Part shown: piece by piece, positions 27,834 to 36,235 of the stretch
How positions within the stretch are numbered: the first letter of the stretch is position 1
Layout of the letters: each line of letters begins with the position of its first letter
IMG/VR virus record: IMGVR_UViG_3300003267_000167
Coordinates: 1-54,190 of that record
DNA: 54,190 nt
DNA from: a virus
Lineage: Duplodnaviria; Caudoviricetes
Reading direction: 5' to 3' (one strand)
Notes under the pieces: generated by a model
Told to the model about the DNA's origin: nothing
The model's input: the letters and a program-made list of their open reading frames with translations, nothing else
The model's database searches: none
Position numbers and translations under genes: made by a program

Positions 27834-27902
27834 TCTGCCGACAGCGGGCGCGGGCGGTCTCGCGCCCAACCATCAACCCTTAACCCGTGGAGGATCGTTT
27901 TT

Positions 27903-28520
27903 ATGCTGAATGAGAAGTACACGGCGCAACTGCCCGTGCCAATGAGTGAAAAGGAACGCGCGATCAAGGGCGACGAATTAGCCAAGGTCGGCGCGGAGAT
28001 CAAGGCCAAGGAGACCGAAAAGGCCGAAGCGATGGCCAATTTCAACGCCGAATTGGCCACGCTCAAAAAGTATCAAGGCAAGATCGAAGAGGCGATCAAC
28101 ACCAAAACGCGCCTGGCCGACGTTGAGTGCATAGACGTGCTCAACACGGAGACCGGCCTAATCGAGTGTCATCGCCTGGACAAGAAAAAGACCGACCCGG
28201 CGCGCATCTTCAACACGCGGGACGCCAACTTGTTTGACGTGGAAAACCACGACGCCGACGAAGCGGCCGCGCTGGCGGATGCCGCCGAAGAGGAAACCAA
28301 GGCCAAGGCCAAGAAGAAAACCGCCAAAACGGCCAAGGTTGAAGCGAAACCCGAAAAGCAGGCCAAGGCCAAGGCCAAGCCGAAAACGATTAGCAGCGGC
28401 AAAAAGCGCGGCAATGGCAAGGTTCACGGCGCAGACCTTGACGGGGCGGACGCCATGCCGCCACTCGTTACCGGAGTGACATGGCCGGACGTAGACGATG
28501 ACGCGGCCGTTATCAATTGA
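27903..28520 (+). CDS. Hypothetical coiled-coil protein with Lys/Ala-rich tail
   Basis: GGAGG RBS; AKAK repeats. Confidence 0.7.
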   Translation: MLNEKYTAQLPVPMSEKERAIKGDELAKVGAEIKAKETEKAEAMANFNAELATLKKYQGKIEEAINTKTRLADVECIDVLNTETGLIECHRLDKKKTDPARIFNTRDANLFDVENHDADEAAALADAAEEETKAKAKKKTAKTAKVEAKPEKQAKAKAKPKTISSGKKRGNGKVHGADLDGADAMPPLVTGVTWPDVDDDAAVIN

Positions 28521-28546
28521 CCTTCTCCGCCTTGGCGTGCTAGAGT
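28517..28546 (+). promoter_or_regulatory. Promoter with operator
   Basis: TTGACC-18-TAGAGT (TG extension) with CCGCCTTGGCG. Confidence 0.75.
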
Positions 28547-28552
28547 GTCCGG

Positions 28553-28665
28553 GCTTAGACGGATAGACGCGGACGGTCACGACTTCGGGTAAGCCTTCGA
28601 TTGCCGGGCGATTCTTATCGTCCGTCTCCGCCGTCTAAGCAACTGCGGCAATCGAAGGCTTTTTC
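28553..28665 (+). ncRNA. Structured leader RNA / putative attenuator
   Basis: Perfect 16-bp stem 28591-28606/28646-28661 plus T-run; competing pairing 28553-28575/28619-28640. Confidence 0.55.
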
Positions 28666-28681
28666 AATTTAAGGAGACCAC

Positions 28682-30910
28682 ATGGAATATGGCGAATTTT
28701 TAGCGTCGAAAGCGGCGCGGGTTGAGGACGCGGGGAAAGACCCGCAGTCAATTAACCGGCTTTTATTCACATGGCAGGCCGATATCGTCAAATGGGCGAT
28801 CAAGCGCGGGCGCGCGGCGATCTTCGCGGACTGCGGCATGGGCAAAACCCTGATGCAAGTCGAATGGGCGCGACAAATGGGCGAGCGCGTGCTAATCGTC
28901 GCGCCGCTCTCCGTCGCGCAGCAAACCATCGAAGAGGCAAAAAAGCTGAACGTAGAGATCGTCTACAAAGCCGCGCCGGATGATTCAGGCGGCATCTGGA
29001 TTACGAACTATCAAAAGCTTCATAAGTTTGTCGGCGTGCCATTTGATGCCATCGTGCTTGACGAATCTTCGATCCTCAAAAGCCTGGACGGCAAAACGCG
29101 CACGCTCTTACTTGAGCAATTTACGACCATCCCGTACCGCCTTTGCTGCACGGCGACGCCAAGCCCGAACGATCAGACGGAGCTAGCCAATCACGCGGAG
29201 TTTTTGGGCGCAATGTCGCGCGTTGAAATGCTCGCCACTTTCTTCGTCCACGACTCCGACCGGGCAGGGTCAAACGGCTGGCGGCTGAAAGGGCATGCGA
29301 AGGATGACTTTTGGCGATGGGTTGCACAGTGGGCCGTGTACATTCGCAAGCCGAGCGACCTAGATCACCCGGACGGCGATTTCATCCTGCCGCCGCTCAA
29401 CGTCCGCCAGGTACAAGTTGAATCGAACTTCATCCCAGACGGAAAGCTATTCCCAGACATTACGGCGGGCATTACCGGCCGCACGCAGGCGAGGCGTCAC
29501 ACGATGGACGCGCGCATCAACCGGGCGGTAGAGATTATCAAGAAATCAAAAGGGCAGTGGGTTGTGTGGTGCGGATTGAACGACGAAGGCCAGAAGATCG
29601 CCAAGGCGCTAGGACAGAAGGCGGCACTCATCGAAGGATCAACCGACGATGAATCACGCATCACGCTTGAGTCATGCTGGCGCGCGGGGAAGGTCAAAAC
29701 GCTCATCACGAAGCCGGGCATGTTCGGCTTCGGCCTCAACTGGCAGCACTGCCATCAAGTCATGTTCCTTGGGTTGGGGGATAGTTTCGAGCAGTGGTAT
29801 CAGTCCATCCGCCGATGCTGGCGATTCGGGCAGAAGTCGGCCGTTGATGTGGTCGTTGTTACGTCCGACGCGGAAATCAGCATCGTCGAAAACGTACAGC
29901 GCAAAGAGCAGCAGGCGTCCGAAATGGCGGCCGGCATCGTCGCCGCGATGAAGGACGCCCAAATTGAATCGGTACTTGGTAAACTTTCACGAAAGGATCA
30001 TTACACGATGAAAACGAAAAAGGCGGAGCAGTGGGAAGTCAAAATGGGCGATTGCGTGGAACGGGTCAAAGAGATCGAGACGGGCAGCGTCGGGCTGTCA
30101 ATCTTCAGTCCGCCGTTTAGCCAGCTTTATACGTATTCGGCCAGCGATCGCGACATGGGCAACACGAAAGATCACGCGGCATTTTTCGATCATTTTCGAT
30201 TTTTGATCCCTGAGCTACTGCGCGTGACGATGCCGGGCCGGCGTTGCTGCGTCCACGTTCAGCAAGTCGCACAGACGCTCGTCAAAGATGGCGTGATAGG
30301 GTTGTACGACTTCCGCGCCGACGTGGTGCGCGAGTTCGTCAAGGCGGGATGGGTTTACGATGGCGAAATTGTGATTGACAAAAACCCGCAAGCGCAGGCC
30401 ATCCGCACGAAGGCGAAGCAATTAATGTTCGTGCAAAAGAATAAGGACAGCGCATGGAGTCGTCCCGCGATGGCGGATTACATCCTGCTCTTTCGCTCGC
30501 CAGGCGCTAACGCCCAACCTATTACGCAATCGGCGACCAGTGGCGTCACCAATGAAGAATGGATCAAGTACGCGCATCCAATCTGGTACGACATCAACGA
30601 ATCCGACACGCTGCAATATACGAGCGCGCGAGAGCATCAAGACGAAAAGCACATCTGCCCGTTGCAGCTCGAAACCATCCGCCGATGCGTCCGGCTGTGG
30701 TCGAATCCGAATGACTTAATCCTTGACCCGTTCGCCGGGATCGGGTCAACCGGGCATATCGCAATGGAGCAGGATCGGCGATTCGTCGGGATCGAACTGA
30801 AGGAGTCGTATTGGAAGCAGGCCGTTAAAAACCTTCAGAACGCGGTCAAACAGCAAGCACTCTTCACGCCAGGAAGGGAAGCGCATGAATCCGTCGCCGT
30901 CCCCGCTTGA
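28682..30910 (+). CDS. SF2 helicase fused to an N4/N6 DNA methyltransferase
   Basis: DCGMGKT, DESS, TATP, QSIRRCWRFGQ; then SPPF and LDPFAGIGST, GIELK. Confidence 0.9.
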   Translation: MEYGEFLASKAARVEDAGKDPQSINRLLFTWQADIVKWAIKRGRAAIFADCGMGKTLMQVEWARQMGERVLIVAPLSVAQQTIEEAKKLNVEIVYKAAPDDSGGIWITNYQKLHKFVGVPFDAIVLDESSILKSLDGKTRTLLLEQFTTIPYRLCCTATPSPNDQTELANHAEFLGAMSRVEMLATFFVHDSDRAGSNGWRLKGHAKDDFWRWVAQWAVYIRKPSDLDHPDGDFILPPLNVRQVQVESNFIPDGKLFPDITAGITGRTQARRHTMDARINRAVEIIKKSKGQWVVWCGLNDEGQKIAKALGQKAALIEGSTDDESRITLESCWRAGKVKTLITKPGMFGFGLNWQHCHQVMFLGLGDSFEQWYQSIRRCWRFGQKSAVDVVVVTSDAEISIVENVQRKEQQASEMAAGIVAAMKDAQIESVLGKLSRKDHYTMKTKKAEQWEVKMGDCVERVKEIETGSVGLSIFSPPFSQLYTYSASDRDMGNTKDHAAFFDHFRFLIPELLRVTMPGRRCCVHVQQVAQTLVKDGVIGLYDFRADVVREFVKAGWVYDGEIVIDKNPQAQAIRTKAKQLMFVQKNKDSAWSRPAMADYILLFRSPGANAQPITQSATSGVTNEEWIKYAHPIWYDINESDTLQYTSAREHQDEKHICPLQLETIRRCVRLWSNPNDLILDPFAGIGSTGHIAMEQDRRFVGIELKESYWKQAVKNLQNAVKQQALFTPGREAHESVAVPA

Positions 30911-31094
30911 GCGGGTTAATGCCCTTATCAGGGAGGCGCAATTACTCATTGCGCTTTCCTGGGGCCACGAAGCCCGGACGCCGGAATGGATGATGTGGCG
31001 AATCGCGCGGCTTGTGCGAATCCGCCAGGCGTTAAGAAGCGGCCGCGATTCTAATGTAGGAGGTATTGACCCTGAGCAACCCAAAGGCGTATAA
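30885..31094 (+). CDS. Hypothetical protein
   Basis: Overlaps the end of the upstream gene; purine-rich RBS. Confidence 0.45.
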   Translation: MNPSPSPLERVNALIREAQLLIALSWGHEARTPEWMMWRIARLVRIRQALRSGRDSNVGGIDPEQPKGV

Positions 31095-31095
31095 A
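31066..31095 (+). promoter_or_regulatory. Putative promoter for the replication operon
   Basis: TTGACC-18-TATAAA. Confidence 0.5.
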
Positions 31096-31254
31096 ACGCA
31101 TCGGTTTTGCTCTCCAAAAATCGGGGCTTTCCCGCCCTTACGCATAAGGAAAAGCCCTATTACGACCGTCCCGAATTTGCTTCTAATTTAACCGCTTCGG
31201 CGGTTTTGCGTGCCGCGCCGGCAGTCAACCGGCGCATTGACTCAAAAATAACAC

Positions 31255-31392
31255 GCGAAGATGAAAGCGCGTGTGGTATCATCCCTTTGTCTTGAGACCC
31301 TTCAATTGAGGGGCGGAGCGAATCCGGCCGGACTGACAATCCACAATGGCCGCTTTCATCTTCGCTTTCGCCTTTCAATTGAAGGGTTTTTT
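31255..31392 (+). ncRNA. Structured leader RNA / putative attenuator
   Basis: Long stem 31297-31322/31361-31387 plus T-run; competing perfect 15-bp pairing 31255-31269/31351-31365. Confidence 0.55.
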
Positions 31393-31445
31393 GCTTTCTA
31401 CCCGCCGCTTTGGTGCCCCCGGTGTGTGGAATGGGTATTTGATTG

Positions 31446-32312
31446 ATGTCTGAAATCAGAATCCATCGGCGCAATAAATTTGCTCAAATCGCTAACTCCT
31501 TACTTCAGGACACTTCACTAGGCTTCGACACGCGCGGGATGCTAGGCTATTTGCTGAGCAAGTCGGACGATTGGAAGGGCCGGCCATCGGACATAGAGCG
31601 GGAAGGCAACATCGGCCGCGATGCCCGACGCCGGATGATGAAGGAGGCGGAGATTGCCGGCTATTTGAGCTTTCATACGGAGCGAAAACCGGGCGGTTTT
31701 CTTGACAGTTGGTACGATGTTCATGAGTTACCCTTGCCGGAAAACGAGCGAACGAAAAGTTGGGAGTTTGGCAAACGCAAAGACTTAGCCGACCGACCAC
31801 CTACGGGAAACCCGCACCCGGTCAACGCCTCACCGCCTACGGGTTTGCCGCCTACTGGTCAACCGCTACCCGGTCAACCGCCTACTGGTCAACCGCCAGG
31901 CGGTCAACCCGCACCCCATGTAATACATGAAGTACAAAATAAAGATTTACAAAATACTAGAGAGAGAGAGGCGGCGGCCGCAGATGCCGTCGCGGTGGCG
32001 GTTGACTCTCTCTCTCTGGCTTTGCGTCGTCTGTATGGGGTTGGGGATAAAACCGGCTGGCAGACCAACGGACAGTTTCAAAGCGAAGCAATCAAGCTTC
32101 ACGGATTGCACGCGACGCCGGAGGAGATCGAAGAGTTTTGGCACAGCCGGAACAAAAAGCCGGGCATTACTTATTTCACGATTGACTTCCTGCCCTGGCG
32201 GGCCGGCAAACTGACAAGGGGGAATCACGCCGGGGCGGGCGATGACTTTATCGAGCGGGCGCGGGCGAGCGCGATCAAAAACGGGAGGCTGAAACATGAC
32301 TTACGCGGATGA
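31446..32312 (+). CDS. Phage replication initiator (wHTH, replisome organiser type)
   Basis: FAQIANSLLQD.SL....RGMLGYLLSK.DDW motif; internal repeats. Confidence 0.8.
   Translation: MSEIRIHRRNKFAQIANSLLQDTSLGFDTRGMLGYLLSKSDDWKGRPSDIEREGNIGRDARRRMMKEAEIAGYLSFHTERKPGGFLDSWYDVHELPLPENERTKSWEFGKRKDLADRPPTGNPHPVNASPPTGLPPTGQPLPGQPPTGQPPGGQPAPHVIHEVQNKDLQNTREREAAAADAVAVAVDSLSLALRRLYGVGDKTGWQTNGQFQSEAIKLHGLHATPEEIEEFWHSRNKKPGITYFTIDFLPWRAGKLTRGNHAGAGDDFIERARASAIKNGRLKHDLRG
31797..31917 (+). repeat. About 15-bp tandem repeats (CCGCCTACTGGTCAA-like); putative origin iterons
   Basis: Several imperfect copies inside the initiator gene, followed by an A-rich stretch, as in lambda O. Confidence 0.7.
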
Positions 32313-32904
32313 CTTCAAAGACTTTTGCGACGCCTTCAAACTCTTTTACAAGGGCATGACCGGCCGCGAGCTTCTAGACGTGGATTTGCCCGGCATCTAC
32401 TTTGACGCCTGTATCCGCTACACGCCCGATGTGGTCATGGAAGCTATCGAACGCGCGCCGAAAGAGTACCCGCAAAAGCTCGCCACCTATGGCCAGCTTG
32501 CGACCATTTGCGGCCGCGTCCATGCGGAGCGCAGCTACGGCCGGAGAGAGCGCGAGACGCAAGAGACCATTCTCGACATGGCGCGGTGCCAGCATCCGGC
32601 CGGACTGCTCAAGGTTGCGGCGGAGCCGGAGGTTGCCGGCATCTATGACGGCTACCTTGTGTGCGAGGCGTGCGGCTTTTCCAAGCCGGTCATCAAAAAG
32701 CTTGAGGCGATGCGATCCGAGCAAGCGAAGCGCGCGGCCGCGATGCTGCAAGAGGCGATCACGGCCAAGCCGCGCCCGCACTATGACAGAATGGGCGAAG
32801 CCTTGCCGGATTTGTGGGAGCGTCGCAACGCCTTACTGTTCGATATGAAGCGGGCGGCGGCCGAAGAGATCTACAGCCACGAGGCGGAGGAAAGCTATGA
32901 TTGA
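32296..32904 (+). CDS. Putative helicase loader-type protein
   Basis: Directly after the initiator; assignment by synteny. Confidence 0.45.
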   Translation: MTYADDFKDFCDAFKLFYKGMTGRELLDVDLPGIYFDACIRYTPDVVMEAIERAPKEYPQKLATYGQLATICGRVHAERSYGRRERETQETILDMARCQHPAGLLKVAAEPEVAGIYDGYLVCEACGFSKPVIKKLEAMRSEQAKRAAAMLQEAITAKPRPHYDRMGEALPDLWERRNALLFDMKRAAAEEIYSHEAEESYD

Positions 32905-33251
32905 CACGTTACCGCTTTTTGATAACGTGCCCGACTTCCCGCCGCCAAGGCGGCCGCGCTACCCGCGCGTGCCGGGCGCGCAAGCGACCGATACCAGCCG
33001 CGAAGCCGCCGCCGCGATGGTCGGCGACGCCGACTCTTTACGCGCCAAGGCGCTTGAACTACTGCGGGGCGCGGACATGACGGCCGACGAATGCGCGCGA
33101 AAAATGGACGAATCGCCTCTGTCTATCCGGCCGCGCTTTTCCGAGCTTCGCAAGCTGGGGCTAATCATGGACACGGGGGGGGCGGCGGACGGTCCCGACG
33201 CGGCACGGGCGGCGGCCGGTCAGTCACATCATTTGGAGGGCGATAGCATGA
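32897..33251 (+). CDS. wHTH protein; reading frame shifted at a G8 tract
   Basis: TSREAA...MTADECA...SIRPRFSEL.K.GLI.DTG; the natural-looking end (RR...IIWRAIA, stop overlapping the next ATG) is in the +1 frame. Confidence 0.6.
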
Positions 33252-33565
33252 ATACTACTGAGCATGTTTTGACTGTCCTTAGCGAAGAGTGCGCCGAAGT
33301 TTCGCATCGTGTCTCTAAGGCGCTTCGCTTTGGTCTTGATGAGATAGAGCCTGGCCAGTCGCACACCAACGCGGAACGGATCGCGCAAGAAGTCTGTGAT
33401 TTAGTGGCGGTAATTCTGATGCTAGAAGACGCGGGCATAATCAAGCGGCCGAAAGACGGCGGGCAAGTAATGCAAAAGCAGGCTAAGGTTCGGCAGTACA
33501 TGGACTATGCAAGAAAGTGTGGAACGCTGTTAGACCTTGACGCCAAGGCGGAGACGGGCGTATAA
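33248..33565 (+). CDS. MazG-like nucleotide pyrophosphohydrolase
   Basis: LSEECAEV...SKALRFG...QEVCDL; own GGAGG RBS. Confidence 0.75.
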   Translation: MNTTEHVLTVLSEECAEVSHRVSKALRFGLDEIEPGQSHTNAERIAQEVCDLVAVILMLEDAGIIKRPKDGGQVMQKQAKVRQYMDYARKCGTLLDLDAKAETGV

Positions 33566-33724
33566 GCTTGAGGCGCGCGGCCGCGCCGGTTTGCCGGATG
33601 CGGCGAAAGCTAGACCCTGCGTTAGTCCGTAGCCAGTCGGACACGCGGCCGCGCGCTAAGCGGGCGTCCGGCCTCTTCAACGGCCGCCCGCTTTTACACC
33701 TTCAACCGTTCCACACGAAACCCG

Positions 33725-34195
33725 ATGGCAGGACACAAGCGACAATTCAGCGAACAGACGATTAAGCGCCTGATGAAAGAGGGGCGCATTAAGGACAACG
33801 GGGCGACCGTCAAAGAGCGAGATCATTTCTTCTTTTCGATACGCGCCGACATTCCGCCGTCCGTGAATCACTACACCGAGCTTGGGCGCGACGGCGCGCG
33901 AAAGAAGACGCCGAACGCCATCGCGTACCAAGAAAAAATAGGCAAGATCGCCAAGGCGGCCGGCTGGATTCTGGCGGAGGGGAAGATGCAAGCCGATGTG
34001 TACGTCTACGCCGACGAAGGCCGGATTGACCTTGATAACGTCTTGAAGTGCCTGGCCGATGGGTTGCAGGGCATTTGCTACCGGGACGACGCGCAGATAT
34101 GGAAATGGACAGTTGAGCGGTTGATGAGGCCGCCGACGGAACGAAACCCCTATATTGTTATTAACCTATCCCGTTATTACGCGGACCTGTCCTAG
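33725..34195 (+). CDS. rusA: RusA-like Holliday junction resolvase
   Basis: PPSVNHY, RIDLDNVLKCLADGLQGICYRDDAQI. Confidence 0.88.
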   Translation: MAGHKRQFSEQTIKRLMKEGRIKDNGATVKERDHFFFSIRADIPPSVNHYTELGRDGARKKTPNAIAYQEKIGKIAKAAGWILAEGKMQADVYVYADEGRIDLDNVLKCLADGLQGICYRDDAQIWKWTVERLMRPPTERNPYIVINLSRYYADLS

Positions 34196-34197
34196 TT

Positions 34198-34824
34198 ATG
34201 ATTTATCTTTCCGGCGCATTGAATAGAAATCAAATGGGGAAACGCCCGGACGTTGGGATCATGTTGGGGTATCGGGAGGGCAGCATCGCGCACGGCTGGC
34301 GGAGGCTAGCGGGAATCCATTGGGCGGCGGATAACGGTTGCTTTACTAACCCTAACCTTGACGTTGATAAGTACCTGGCGTGGCTTGAAAAGCTCAAGGC
34401 GGTTCAAGGTACATGCCTTTTTGCGACCGCGCCCGACGTAGTAGCGGACGCGGCCAAGACATGGGAGCGGTCGCGCGACGTGTTGCCGAAGATTCGGGCG
34501 CTTGGCTATGACGCGGCTTTTGTCGCCCAGGACGGCCAGGAAGATCGCGCGCTTGATTGGGATCGCTTTGACTGTCTTTTTATCGGCGGTTCTACGGATT
34601 GGAAATTATCACAGCATGCGTTTTGGCTGTGCCGGGAGGCGGCCAGGCGCGGTAAGTGGGTACACATGGGCCGGGTTAATTCTTTCCGGCGTTTACTGCG
34701 CGCCCGATTCGCGCGGTGCAATTCGGCGGACGGGACGCAGCTAGCATTCGGTCCGGATCAAGGCTTTAAAAAGCTTTGTGAATGGCTTGATTTTATTCAA
34801 CGGCAACCAACCTTGGACTTTTAG
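34198..34824 (+). CDS. TGT/DpdA-like protein (putative deazaguanine DNA transglycosylase)
   Basis: AADNGCF, APDVV, FVAQDG, FIGGST, VHMGRVN, SADGT match the TGT-barrel motif order. Confidence 0.6.
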   Translation: MIYLSGALNRNQMGKRPDVGIMLGYREGSIAHGWRRLAGIHWAADNGCFTNPNLDVDKYLAWLEKLKAVQGTCLFATAPDVVADAAKTWERSRDVLPKIRALGYDAAFVAQDGQEDRALDWDRFDCLFIGGSTDWKLSQHAFWLCREAARRGKWVHMGRVNSFRRLLRARFARCNSADGTQLAFGPDQGFKKLCEWLDFIQRQPTLDF

Positions 34825-34825
34825 C

Positions 34826-35170
34826 ATGATTTTCACCCTAAACGAATATCAGATGGCCGCCGACGAAGAGGCCGGCAAACTGACGCCGGCCGCGGCGCTT
34901 CAAAACCTTATGACCGCTAGCGCGGCCTTATTGCCTTATGTGTTGAGCGCGGAGGCCGGGACGCTTGGCGAAGCCGACGAAGAGGCCATGACCGGGCCGC
35001 TTGATGAGACCCGGCGGGAGGCCATGACGGTCCTGGGCGCGGCACTGTTTAACGTCGCGGTACTGGCCAGGCGGCTTGACATTGGCTTGAACCGCGTCGG
35101 GGAGTCCAACCTTGAACGCATCCGCTACGCCTCACAGTCCGGCAAGCTCCGGGCCATTCAGGGGAAGTGA
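34826..35170 (+). CDS. Degenerate MazG-like protein
   Basis: TLNEYQ...LGAALFNVAVLARRLDIGL..V.ESNLERI; acidic catalytic residues replaced. Confidence 0.55.
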   Translation: MIFTLNEYQMAADEEAGKLTPAAALQNLMTASAALLPYVLSAEAGTLGEADEEAMTGPLDETRREAMTVLGAALFNVAVLARRLDIGLNRVGESNLERIRYASQSGKLRAIQGK

Positions 35171-35340
35171 TGGACAAAGCGGCATATATCGCAATCGGCG
35201 GCGTCCTGGGCTTTCTTTTCTTTCTGCTCTTTGTCCTTGTCGGCGTCATTTTGGAGATCGTCTTTAAGACGACTCTTAAAACCGCCGATGACGTAGAAGC
35301 GATCAAAAAACGCCTTGATAAACTTGAGGGGAAACAATGA
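35170..35340 (+). CDS. Small single-TM membrane protein (56 aa)
   Basis: MDKAAYIAIGGVLGFLFFLLFVLVGVILE...; overlaps both neighbours. Confidence 0.6.
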   Translation: MDKAAYIAIGGVLGFLFFLLFVLVGVILEIVFKTTLKTADDVEAIKKRLDKLEGKQ

Positions 35341-35618
35341 GATATACCTTGACCTTCAACCGGCTTTTGTCCGTGGTCGCCAACCCTCCGGACCGGGCTA
35401 CGTGCATGTATTGCCAAGTGCGCGCGAAGCCGGGCGAGTCCTGGCGCGCGGCGCGTGTGCCGATCAACCCCGACGAACCGGGCGGCGATAGCGTCATGGT
35501 CCCCGTGTGCGGTCCCGTGTGCGAGACTCTATTCAAGGCGCACCCGCGGGCGGAGGTCGTAATTGACGACTTGATTGCCCAAGCCAAAGACGGCCGGGGC
35601 GAAAGGCGGGAGCGGTGA
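35337..35618 (+). CDS. Small Zn-binding hypothetical protein
   Basis: CxxC...CxxxC; translationally coupled. Confidence 0.6.
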   Translation: MRYTLTFNRLLSVVANPPDRATCMYCQVRAKPGESWRAARVPINPDEPGGDSVMVPVCGPVCETLFKAHPRAEVVIDDLIAQAKDGRGERRER

Positions 35619-36034
35619 CTTGGCGGAGTGAAGCGGCGGCCGTCGTTCGTCGTGTTATCGCCAAGACGGGAAGGGAAGACATGGCCGCGCTCCGGCGCGC
35701 AATCCGGGCGGCGTACCCCTTCGGCGAGCGGGCGCACTACCCGTACAAAGTTTGGTGTGAAGAGGTCCGCCGGCAATTAGGCCAGGCGGCCGACCCGCCC
35801 GCGGACATGACGGTTGCCGACGCCCTGGCGGTCGTGCGGGAGATCAAGGCGGCCGGCTTCGTGTGCGGCGACCGCTCGCGCTTCGCCAGGCTGGACGCCA
35901 CGCTCGAAAAGGCCGCGGCCGCCTTCAAGGAATGCCAGGCCAGCGTAAGCGGGTCGGACGCCCGCTATTTGCGGAACCTGCACAAACACTGGCGGCCGAA
36001 GCCGGCGCTTGACGCCGACGCCGACGCGGCTTAG
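35615..36034 (+). CDS. Phage hypothetical protein
   Basis: AYPFGER.HYPYKVW.EEV motif; GTGA overlap. Confidence 0.65.
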   Translation: MTWRSEAAAVVRRVIAKTGREDMAALRRAIRAAYPFGERAHYPYKVWCEEVRRQLGQAADPPADMTVADALAVVREIKAAGFVCGDRSRFARLDATLEKAAAAFKECQASVSGSDARYLRNLHKHWRPKPALDADADAA

Positions 36035-36235
36035 ACTCTCGCCAATTCGCAAGAAACGAAGTAACTGATTAGACGGCCGGCATCAATCCTGTGTATGCCG
36101 GCCGTCGCTTTATTAAAAGCCGGCCGCGCCATTGGCCACGCTGGCAACAGTCCCCACAAATCCAGTAGACTACCCGCGGCCATGCGACTCTCTACGCCGG
36201 CCGCAATCGTGCCCCCACTAACACGAGACCGACAC

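Noticed and set aside
32897-33565. The 222-aa ORF as a bona fide single HTH-MazG protein
   Set aside because: Internal RBS/ATG and a better C-terminus in the +1 frame point to two genes joined by a G-tract shift
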